Source of the DNA: a candidate division FCPU426 bacterium
Lineage (GTDB): Bacteria > Oederibacteriota > PGYV01 > Palsa-1178
DNA: 64,000 nt
Direction: 5' to 3'
NCBI GenBank assembly: GCA_963840035.1
Contig: CAWIXE010000001.1
Coordinates: 800,001 to 864,000, forward strand
Part shown: in pieces, positions 9,580-17,649 of the stretch
Numbering within the stretch: position 1 is the first letter of the stretch
Layout: each line of letters opens with the position of its first letter
The notes under the pieces: model-generated
What the model was told of the DNA's origin: nothing
The model's input: the letters and a program-made list of their open reading frames with translations, nothing else
Databases searched by the model: none
Made by a program: the position numbers and the translations under genes

Positions 9580-11592
9580 ATGAAGGAATTTATGAAAAAG
9601 AAACTGTTCATTCCGGCATTGCTGCTGTTTTTGGCTCTTCCGGTATTTTCGGCCGGAGCAGAACTGCCTGTGGACCTGGGCCGCGCATGCGGGTTCGTGG
9701 TTTTAGACGGCAGCGGTTTTGCCAATACAGGGTCATCCGTATTAAACGGTGACCTTGGAAGCTATCCCACGACTACTGAGACGCTGGGACCGATTACCAT
9801 AAACGGGACAGACCATGCGGGAGACGGGTTTACCCAGGACGCAAAGATAGACCTGGTAACAGCTTATAACGACGGAGCCGGCCGCGCGATAACAGGCACT
9901 TTGGCCGTGGAACTCGGAGGCAGCACGCTCTTACCCGGAGTTTATGACTCACCAGGGACTTTCGGGCTGACCGGAACACTGACCCTTGACGGCGCCGGCG
10001 ATGATAACGCGGTCTTCATATTTAAAGCGGCCACCACGCTTACTACAGCGGGAAACAGCCTTATAACCCTTCAAAACGGGGCTCATTCAAAAAACATTTT
10101 CTGGATAGTGGGAAGTTCGGCATCAATCGGAGCATCGTGTGATTTTTCAGGGACTATAATTGCGCTTACGTCCATAACACTTATTACCGGAGCCACGGTT
10201 GACGGAAGGGTCCTGGCAAGGAACGGGGCAGTGGTGCTCGATGCAAACGTGATAGGGATAGCAAATCCCTGCGCTGTAAATACAGCCACTGCAACACAGA
10301 CTGAATCGTCAACGGAGATCGCGACGGCAAGCTATACTTCAACGCCGACATCTACAGAAACGTCAACGACAGTCTCGACGGCCAGTTATACTTCAACGCC
10401 GACATCGACAGAAACGTCAACTGCAGTGTCAACAGCAAGCTATACTTCAACGCTGACATCCACAGAGACGTCAACGATAGTCTCGACGGCCAGCTATACT
10501 TCAACACCGACATCGACAGAAACGTCAACGACAGTGTCAACAGCAAGTTATACTTCAACGCCGACATCCACAGAAACGTCAACGACAGTGCCGACAGCAA
10601 GCTATACTTCAACACCGACATCCACAGAAACGTCAACGACAGTGTCAACGGCAAGCTACACTTCAACACCGACATCCACAGAAACGACAACGACAGTGTC
10701 AACGGCAAGCTATACTTCAACGCCGACATCTACAGAGACGTCAACGACAGTGCCGACGGCAAGCTATACTTCAACGCCTACATCTACACAAACGTCAACA
10801 ACAGTGTCGACGGCCAGCTACACTTCAACGCCGACATCTACAGAAACGTCAACGACAGTGTCGACAGCAAGTTATACTTCAACGCCGACATCCACACAAA
10901 CGTCGACACAGACTGTCACTGAAACAGTTACTAAAACAGCCACAGCAACAGGGACGGGAACTTCGACGCCTACAGCGACAAAGACAATTACCGGAACCGC
11001 AACACAGACCGCTACAGGGACAAATACAACAACCCAGACAGCCACAAAAACGGGAACAGGCACCTCAACTGCGACAAAAACACAAACACAGACAATAACA
11101 CAGACACGCACGCAGACAAATACCGGGACTGCGACACCGACAAAAACTTCTACGGGCACATTTACGGCTACTCCGACATTCACATTAACGTCAACTAAGA
11201 CATCGACGCGAACCCCGGCTAATACAGCTACGGCAACACCGACCATAACGCTGACATCAACCATAACCCCGACATTTACCATAACGGAAACAGCTACTCC
11301 GGTACCGACGCCGTGTCTGGTGTGCGAATGCATTCCAATCTCTTACCCGCAGCCGGCAGTAAATGCGGTTACTTTCGCATACACGCTCTCTTCAGCTTCA
11401 AACGTGAAGGTATTTGTTTATAACCTTATGGGAACACAGATTGCCGTATATGAGAGGGCTTCGGTTGCCGCGGGCGTGAATACAATTATCTGCGATGTCA
11501 GCAAATACCCGCCGGGTATCTATTTCTACATAATAAAGGCGCCTGGCGCAGGTACTAAATTCAAAGTATCAAAATTCATGGTAGAGAGATAG
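9580..11592 (+). CDS. Secreted DUF3494 ice-binding-family protein with Thr/Ser repeat stalk and T9SS-like C-terminal sorting domain
   Basis: Signal peptide; LGGSTLLPGVY, LDGAGDDNAVFIF, KNIFWIVGSSA, DGRVLARNGAV; C-terminus YPQP...VYNLMG...PGIYFY...KFMV. Confidence 0.88.
   Translation: MKEFMKKKLFIPALLLFLALPVFSAGAELPVDLGRACGFVVLDGSGFANTGSSVLNGDLGSYPTTTETLGPITINGTDHAGDGFTQDAKIDLVTAYNDGAGRAITGTLAVELGGSTLLPGVYDSPGTFGLTGTLTLDGAGDDNAVFIFKAATTLTTAGNSLITLQNGAHSKNIFWIVGSSASIGASCDFSGTIIALTSITLITGATVDGRVLARNGAVVLDANVIGIANPCAVNTATATQTESSTEIATASYTSTPTSTETSTTVSTASYTSTPTSTETSTAVSTASYTSTLTSTETSTIVSTASYTSTPTSTETSTTVSTASYTSTPTSTETSTTVPTASYTSTPTSTETSTTVSTASYTSTPTSTETTTTVSTASYTSTPTSTETSTTVPTASYTSTPTSTQTSTTVSTASYTSTPTSTETSTTVSTASYTSTPTSTQTSTQTVTETVTKTATATGTGTSTPTATKTITGTATQTATGTNTTTQTATKTGTGTSTATKTQTQTITQTRTQTNTGTATPTKTSTGTFTATPTFTLTSTKTSTRTPANTATATPTITLTSTITPTFTITETATPVPTPCLVCECIPISYPQPAVNAVTFAYTLSSASNVKVFVYNLMGTQIAVYERASVAAGVNTIICDVSKYPPGIYFYIIKAPGAGTKFKVSKFMVER
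10300..10893 (+). repeat. 11 tandem 54-bp repeats encoding TETSTTVSTASYTSTPTS
   Basis: 11 ASYTST units counted at 54-bp spacing with synonymous variation. Confidence 0.95.
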
Positions 11593-11601
11593 GTGGATAA
11601 T

Positions 11602-12561
11602 ATGAAAAAAATAATAATAGTCATCGCGCTGGCCATGGCGGCGGCCGTATCTTACGCTGCCGTAAATGAAAGCGTTTCAATAAGTTTTCCCCTGCTTGAC
11701 ATGGGCGCAGGCGCGCGCGCCTCAGCCATGGGAGATGCCTTTACGGCCGTTGCGGATGATTCAAGCGCGGTTTACTGGAACACAGCGGGCTTAGGGACAA
11801 TAAAAAGGCCGGAAGTATCGCTTACATACAATAAATGGTTCATGGACACCATGTTTTCCCAGCTGCTTTTGGCCTACCCTGTTTCAACAGGAACGATTGG
11901 CTTTGAAGCCGTGTATATGAACCTGGGGGATATGCCAATAAGGGATATTTATGGAATAACAACAATGACGGTATACCCTTACATACTTGGGGGAAGCCTG
12001 GGTTATGGCATAAGCATAGGGCAGTTTTCCGCCGGCGCGGCAATAAAAATAATAAGCCAGTCAACCGGAAACAATTCAAACGTGGCCTTTGCCGGGGACG
12101 CGGGAGTGCTCATTAAGGCGGGAATGTTCTCAGCGGGTTTATCCATTCAGAACGCCGGATACAGCGGCGGGTATTCGCTGCCCATGAACATAAAGGCCGG
12201 CGCCGCGATAATGCCTCTGGACTCGCCACAGCACACGCTAACGCTTGCCATTGATTCACAATACCTTTTTAAGGACGCTGTATCAATAAGCGCCGGCGTG
12301 GAATATGTTTTCATGGAAACCCTGGCCCTCAGGGCCGGGTATAAGGCAGGTTTCGGGGAACTGGAACTCGACGGCATCAGGGGAATAAGCGCAGGTCTGG
12401 GAGTCAGAGTTTCGGATATAAAAATCGATTATGCCGTAGCGCCGTACGGAGACCTGGGGCTTACGCACAGGGTGACACTATCGCTTATTTTCGGCAGTCA
12501 AAAAACCAATGCGGCAGGGGAAAATAAAGCAGGTACGGCGATAAATAAAAAACGCAAATAA
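11602..12561 (+). CDS. PorV/PorQ-like (UPF0164) outer-membrane beta-barrel
   Basis: GARASAMGDAFTAVADDSSAVYWNTAGL, LALRAGY, DYAVAPYGDLGLTHRVTL. Confidence 0.85.
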   Translation: MKKIIIVIALAMAAAVSYAAVNESVSISFPLLDMGAGARASAMGDAFTAVADDSSAVYWNTAGLGTIKRPEVSLTYNKWFMDTMFSQLLLAYPVSTGTIGFEAVYMNLGDMPIRDIYGITTMTVYPYILGGSLGYGISIGQFSAGAAIKIISQSTGNNSNVAFAGDAGVLIKAGMFSAGLSIQNAGYSGGYSLPMNIKAGAAIMPLDSPQHTLTLAIDSQYLFKDAVSISAGVEYVFMETLALRAGYKAGFGELELDGIRGISAGLGVRVSDIKIDYAVAPYGDLGLTHRVTLSLIFGSQKTNAAGENKAGTAINKKRK

Positions 12562-12647
12562 GGCACTGATAACATCAGAAAGGCGGCCGGAGCGGAAGTA
12601 TTTCCGCGGCAAACCGGCAGAACCGGCACACCGCCGGCGGAGTCACA

Positions 12648-15044
12648 ATGTTTTTCAGAAGGAATACAGGATGGGCAAAAATAAGGCGTTTTTTCAGCCT
12701 GGACGCGTGGATGGTAAAACTGCTGAATCTCTCAGTGATAAAGGAGCAGTCAGCGCAGCCCGGCGCCGTAGTAATACAGATAGACGGGTTAAGCCGGCTG
12801 GAATTTACACGCGCCATCAATAAAGGCGAGATGCCTCATTTGAAACTTCTTTTAAAAAGGGAGGGATATGTAGATTACACTCATTACAGCGGGCAACCTT
12901 CCAGCACCCCGGCGGTCCAGGGCGAACTTTTTTACGGCGTAAAAAGCAGCGTCCCGGCATTCAGCTTTAAGGATAAAAAAACGGGAAAGACATTCAATAT
13001 GTTCAATCCATCGCACGCTTCTAAAATTGAAAAAAATATAAGAAGTAAGGGAGCACCCCTGCTCAAAGGCGGCAGCGCATACGGGGACATATTCACCGGA
13101 GGGGCAAAGGAAGCGCATTTTTGCGTTTCCGCAATCGGGTGGGGAACGCTGCTTTCCGCCGCGAACCCGCTGGCAATAGCGGTCTTTACACTGATGCATA
13201 TCCACATATTATTAAGGGCGGCTATGCTGGCTGTGACGGAATTTTTCCTGGCCATGGTGGATTCAGTAAGGGGATTTATAGGCGGAAAAAACCTCCTGCA
13301 TGAGATCAAATACATCCCCTTCAGGGTAATCGCCTGCGTAATTATGAGGGAAGTAATAGGCATCGGCGCGAAAATTGACATCGCGCGCGGCATGCCGGTC
13401 ATACATCTTAACTTCGCGGGGTATGACGAGCAGGCGCATCATCGCGGGCCGAAGTCAATGTTCGCGCACTGGTCGCTGAGGGCCATCGACAGTGTAATAA
13501 GGATAGTCTGGAAAGCGGCCAAAAGGTCGCCGCACCGTGATTATGACGTTATAATATATTCCGACCACGGGCAGGAGGAGTCGGAGTATTACACCCATCT
13601 TTACGGAAGAAGCGTGCAGGAAGCCGTAAATGAAGTGCTTAAAACTGAAATATCGGCAGCCGCTCAGGGGCTGGAACCCGGCACGGAAACGTCGCACATG
13701 AGGGCGGAGCTGCTGCGCAATAAAACCATTAATAACGCGGCTGAAGAAATGAAGGCGGACATCAAGTCCTCAAAGTACGCGGTGATAACCGCGCTTGGCG
13801 CAGTCGGCCACATTTATACACCTGAAAAAACCTCAAAAAAACAGAAGGAACACATAGCGCTTTCACTTATTACGTACGCGAAAATACCCCTCGTGCTCGC
13901 GTATAAAGGGCGAGGAAAGGCATTCGCCTGGAACTCTGAGGGTAAATTCACTCTTCCAGCGGACGCGTCAGCCGTCCTGGGTCAGGACCATCCGTTCTTA
14001 AAGGAAACAGCGCGCGACCTTGCGGAATTATGCGGGCATAAGGACGCCGGGGATATTATTATCTGCGGCATAAGAAAGGCGGGTAAAACAATAACTTTTT
14101 ATAATGAACGCGGGAGCCACGGGGGCCCCGGAGCGCGTGAAACCGCCGGCTTTGCCATGTTCCCGGCCGATATTGAACTTCCCGCGGCAAAAACAATCAC
14201 TACAGGCGAAATACGCGAGGCGGTTTTCAGGTCGTTAAACCGCGGCAACGGCAGAAAGTCCCTGATTTCCAAAATAGAGGCGCCTTCCGACGGGCCGGTA
14301 AAACTGAAAATAATGAGTTATAACGTGCACGGCTGCAAAGGGACTGACGGAAAAATCAGCCCGGAGAGGATTGCGGAGGTTATTGCCGCGCATAATCCTG
14401 ACATAGTAGCGCTTCAGGAGGTGGACTTCCGCAACGGGATGAGGCAGGCAAAAACCATAGCCAGGATGTTATCCATGAATTTTTATTACAAATCCAGCGT
14501 AATGCTTCAAACAGGGTTCCATGGAAATGCCACCCTCAGCAGGTTTGACATGAAAATGATAAAGCGCGGGGCCCTGCCTAATATCTCCCGGACCGCTTTT
14601 TCTGAAAAACGAGGGGCTCTTTGGACTGAAGTGAACGCGCACGGCCGGATACTGCAGGTTTTTAACACGCACCTGAGTTATTTCCGGCCGGATGGAATGG
14701 CGCAGATAAAATACCTTTTAGGAAAGGACTGGCTCGGGAACAGTTCCATAAAAAGCCCGCTAATTTTTTGCGGAGATTTCAATTCCCGCCGTAATTCCCG
14801 CATTTATAAAGCCATTGAGGAAAAATTCAGCAGCATAAATCTGCACGCGAAAGCTTTGAAATATATGAAAAAGCACCCGGATTATCACGCAACCGGGCTT
14901 GAGGACCACATATTCCTGGGGGATGGCGTTAAAGCGCTCAACACTGCGGAGCCGGAGACAAGGCTGGATAAAACAGCGTCAGACCATCTTCCTTTAATAG
15001 CGGTGGTAAGGCTGGGTTCCAAAAAACAGGGTGATAAAGATTAA
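12648..15044 (+). CDS. Alkaline-phosphatase-superfamily domain fused to an endonuclease/exonuclease/phosphatase (EEP) domain
   Basis: IQIDGLS, SSTPAVQ, YDEQAHHRGP, YSDHG; then SYNVH, ALQEVD, THL, GDFN, ASDHLP. Confidence 0.85.
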   Translation: MFFRRNTGWAKIRRFFSLDAWMVKLLNLSVIKEQSAQPGAVVIQIDGLSRLEFTRAINKGEMPHLKLLLKREGYVDYTHYSGQPSSTPAVQGELFYGVKSSVPAFSFKDKKTGKTFNMFNPSHASKIEKNIRSKGAPLLKGGSAYGDIFTGGAKEAHFCVSAIGWGTLLSAANPLAIAVFTLMHIHILLRAAMLAVTEFFLAMVDSVRGFIGGKNLLHEIKYIPFRVIACVIMREVIGIGAKIDIARGMPVIHLNFAGYDEQAHHRGPKSMFAHWSLRAIDSVIRIVWKAAKRSPHRDYDVIIYSDHGQEESEYYTHLYGRSVQEAVNEVLKTEISAAAQGLEPGTETSHMRAELLRNKTINNAAEEMKADIKSSKYAVITALGAVGHIYTPEKTSKKQKEHIALSLITYAKIPLVLAYKGRGKAFAWNSEGKFTLPADASAVLGQDHPFLKETARDLAELCGHKDAGDIIICGIRKAGKTITFYNERGSHGGPGARETAGFAMFPADIELPAAKTITTGEIREAVFRSLNRGNGRKSLISKIEAPSDGPVKLKIMSYNVHGCKGTDGKISPERIAEVIAAHNPDIVALQEVDFRNGMRQAKTIARMLSMNFYYKSSVMLQTGFHGNATLSRFDMKMIKRGALPNISRTAFSEKRGALWTEVNAHGRILQVFNTHLSYFRPDGMAQIKYLLGKDWLGNSSIKSPLIFCGDFNSRRNSRIYKAIEEKFSSINLHAKALKYMKKHPDYHATGLEDHIFLGDGVKALNTAEPETRLDKTASDHLPLIAVVRLGSKKQGDKD

Positions 15045-15071
15045 TAATATGTTGTATTCAGGAGGAAAATC

Positions 15072-15650
15072 ATGACGGATACCGGGAAGATGGAAAAAGC
15101 CAGGAGGGACTTATTAATAACATGCCTTGACAGCAAGGATGGCGCAGTCAGGGAAGCGGCAAGAAATGAGATTGTGACGCTCGGCAGGGATACAATACCT
15201 CAGCTTGCTGAAGTGCTGAGGGATTCCAAATCGGAGCAGGCGCGGTGGGAAGCGGCAAAGGCGTTCGGCACCATGGATAACACGGCAGTGATTCTGCCTC
15301 TGGTGGAGGCGCTGGAGGACGGTTTTTCAGACGTCGCGTGGCTGGCTGCCAGCGGGCTTAAAAAATATGGAAGAAAGGCATGGGGGCCGATTCTAAGAAG
15401 GCTGATGCGTAAAGGGACAGCCTCTTTTTCTTTAAGGCAGGGGGCACACCATGTTTTTATGGACCAGAAAGAGGAAGGGCTTAACGGGCTGCTTTCAGAC
15501 CTGACGAAAACACTGGAAATCGGCACTGCGCCTGAGCTGATGATACCGGCAGCGCTTGAATTGTTAAAAGGGATGAAGAAAAATATGCCGGCATCGACAG
15601 ACCAGCCGGCGACGGATACAAATACAAAACAAGGAGAACAGTCATGTTAA
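15072..15650 (+). CDS. HEAT-repeat protein
   Basis: VREAAR..L, ARWEAAKAFG, LVEALED...VAWLAA; GGAGG RBS. Confidence 0.8.
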   Translation: MTDTGKMEKARRDLLITCLDSKDGAVREAARNEIVTLGRDTIPQLAEVLRDSKSEQARWEAAKAFGTMDNTAVILPLVEALEDGFSDVAWLAASGLKKYGRKAWGPILRRLMRKGTASFSLRQGAHHVFMDQKEEGLNGLLSDLTKTLEIGTAPELMIPAALELLKGMKKNMPASTDQPATDTNTKQGEQSC

Positions 15651-16414
15651 ACAGCGCGAAGACACTGAAAGGTTACAGACTTAAAAGCATTGACGGCGAA
15701 ATAGGGGAAGTTAAAGAGTTTTATTTTGATGACAGGTACTGGGCTGTGCGTTATCTGGTCGCTGACGCGGGAAACTGGCTCACAAACAGGCAGGTGCTGA
15801 TCTCCCCTTACGCGCTTAAGGAAGTAATAAGGGAAGATAAAGATATAGCGGTAAACCTGACGAAAAAGCAGATTGAAGGCAGCCCGTTACTCGACAGCGA
15901 TAAGCCGGTTTCCAAACAGTTTGAGGAGACCTATTTTAAGTACTATGGCTGGCCCGCTTACTGGGGAGGCCCTTTTATGTGGGGGCATTACTCAAACATA
16001 CTTCGTAATCCTGAGGGCAGGAAAAAAGACGGGAAGGAAGCAAAGGCATGGGACCCGCACCTTCGCAGCACTCAATACATAACCGGCTACAAGGTCCAGG
16101 CAGGAGACGGGGAGATCGGGCATGTGGAGGATTTCATTATTGACGACGTGACCTGGGCAATACGTTATCTGGTAATAAATACCGGAGAATGGATGTCCGG
16201 GAAAAAAGTGCTTATATCCCCGAGGTGGATAGACCGGGTCAGCTTTGATGAGTCAAAAGTATTTACCGGGCTTTCCAGGGATGACATTAAGAACTCACCT
16301 GAATACACTGAAGCGTCCATGCCGAACAGGGATTATGAGGAGAGGCTTCACCTGCACTATAAGCGCCAGGGTTACTGGGACGATGTGCCTGAATCAGACG
16401 TGCATGAAGGCTGA
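15644..16414 (+). CDS. Tandem PRC-barrel domain protein
   Basis: Two GY.....DGEIG.V..F..DD..WA.RYLV...G.W....VLISP units. Confidence 0.9.
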   Translation: MLNSAKTLKGYRLKSIDGEIGEVKEFYFDDRYWAVRYLVADAGNWLTNRQVLISPYALKEVIREDKDIAVNLTKKQIEGSPLLDSDKPVSKQFEETYFKYYGWPAYWGGPFMWGHYSNILRNPEGRKKDGKEAKAWDPHLRSTQYITGYKVQAGDGEIGHVEDFIIDDVTWAIRYLVINTGEWMSGKKVLISPRWIDRVSFDESKVFTGLSRDDIKNSPEYTEASMPNRDYEERLHLHYKRQGYWDDVPESDVHEG

Positions 16415-16461
16415 AAGCACCGGGTTCAATATAACCCGGAGGTAATTACAATTTATGAGAG

Positions 16462-17265
16462 GTGTATAAAATGGCGCTTTTTATGGCTTTATGGATGACG
16501 ATTTTTCCGGCAGCCCACCCGGCAATGCCCGGAGAAGGGGAACAATTAAAAGCTGAGATTCAGGGAGACAGGTTCTATGCCATGAGCAATTCCATTACAG
16601 GCCGGGAGAAAGCCGCGCATAACATTAAAACCGCCATTGACTCTTACGAGAAAGCACTGGGAAGCGGGGCCATAAAAAAGGCTGTCCTGGTAAAATACGT
16701 CAGGGCCTGTGATTTTAAATACAGGTACTTAACGGAGACCACCGCGGAAAAGAAAAAAGCGTATGAAGCCATGATAAAAAGGTTTGAACCGCTTGGCGTC
16801 AGATTAAAAGGGACAAAAGAGTACAATTATGCTATGGCCCTGCTCTGGGGGAGGCGCGGCGAAATTACCCAGGATGTTATGGATAACGCCAACAAGGACA
16901 TTGCAGAAAAGATAAAAAAATACGCCGAAGCCCTGTATGGCATGGATAAGGCCTATGAAGGGTATTTTGCCTGTAAAATCCTGGGAAGGATACACTACAT
17001 AGCGCCAAACATACCATTTGTACTGGGGTGGCCGGATAAGGGAAAGTCAAAAGCATACCTTGAGGAAGTCATGAAAGGCAATCCGGAAAACAGCGAGGCA
17101 AAAATGTTCTTAGCCGATACTTTATGGGCGCTGGGCGAGAAGAAAAAGGCGAAAAGACTTTATAGGGAAGTGTCACGGGCTGAGCCCGGGAAGGGCAGCT
17201 GGTTTTATGATTCCAGGGCCATTAAGCTGTGCAATATCAGGATGAAAAAACTGGCAATCCTTTAG
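16462..17265 (+). CDS. Exported TPR-like helical-repeat protein
   Basis: Signal-peptide-like N-terminus; AIDSYEKAL, LGRIHY, AKMFLADTLW helical repeats. Confidence 0.65.
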   Translation: MYKMALFMALWMTIFPAAHPAMPGEGEQLKAEIQGDRFYAMSNSITGREKAAHNIKTAIDSYEKALGSGAIKKAVLVKYVRACDFKYRYLTETTAEKKKAYEAMIKRFEPLGVRLKGTKEYNYAMALLWGRRGEITQDVMDNANKDIAEKIKKYAEALYGMDKAYEGYFACKILGRIHYIAPNIPFVLGWPDKGKSKAYLEEVMKGNPENSEAKMFLADTLWALGEKKKAKRLYREVSRAEPGKGSWFYDSRAIKLCNIRMKKLAIL

Positions 17266-17649
17266 GGCGCCAATTAAAAAGCACGCGGGCCGGCGGGCAG
17301 TATCTCCCTCCCGAGAAACCCCCCGATATCACCGCCGGCCTGTACTTTAAAAAACCTCCGCTGATAAAAGTCAATGGAAAGCAGAATGGCGGCATATCTA
17401 AAAAGCTGCCGCGGGGTTACTATCTGTATGTACGGGAAATATATGAAAGCGGTTCAGGGAGGTTACAGATGGATGCAAACAGGACTTTGAAAAAAACGCG
17501 AATATTATTTGAGACAGGCAGCAGAAAAAGAGGCCGGTTTTTTGGCCGCTGGGCGCTGCCTCTCTTTTTAAACCTGACATTATCAAGGCGCCAGCCGGAA
17601 CAGGTTTCCGGGGCAAAAGCGGTAAATGGAAAAGGATGGTTGATTCTTC

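Noticed and set aside
10300..10893. CRISPR-like periodicity
   Set aside because: In-frame coding tandem repeat with no unique spacers and no cas genes
10872..11333. Minus-strand Val-rich ORFs (also 3591-4304, 4709-5110, 55419-55838)
   Set aside because: Antisense shadows of Thr-codon-rich linkers
17270..17640. c-di-GMP riboswitch before the HD-GYP cluster
   Set aside because: GC-rich hairpins present but no GEMM consensus recognised
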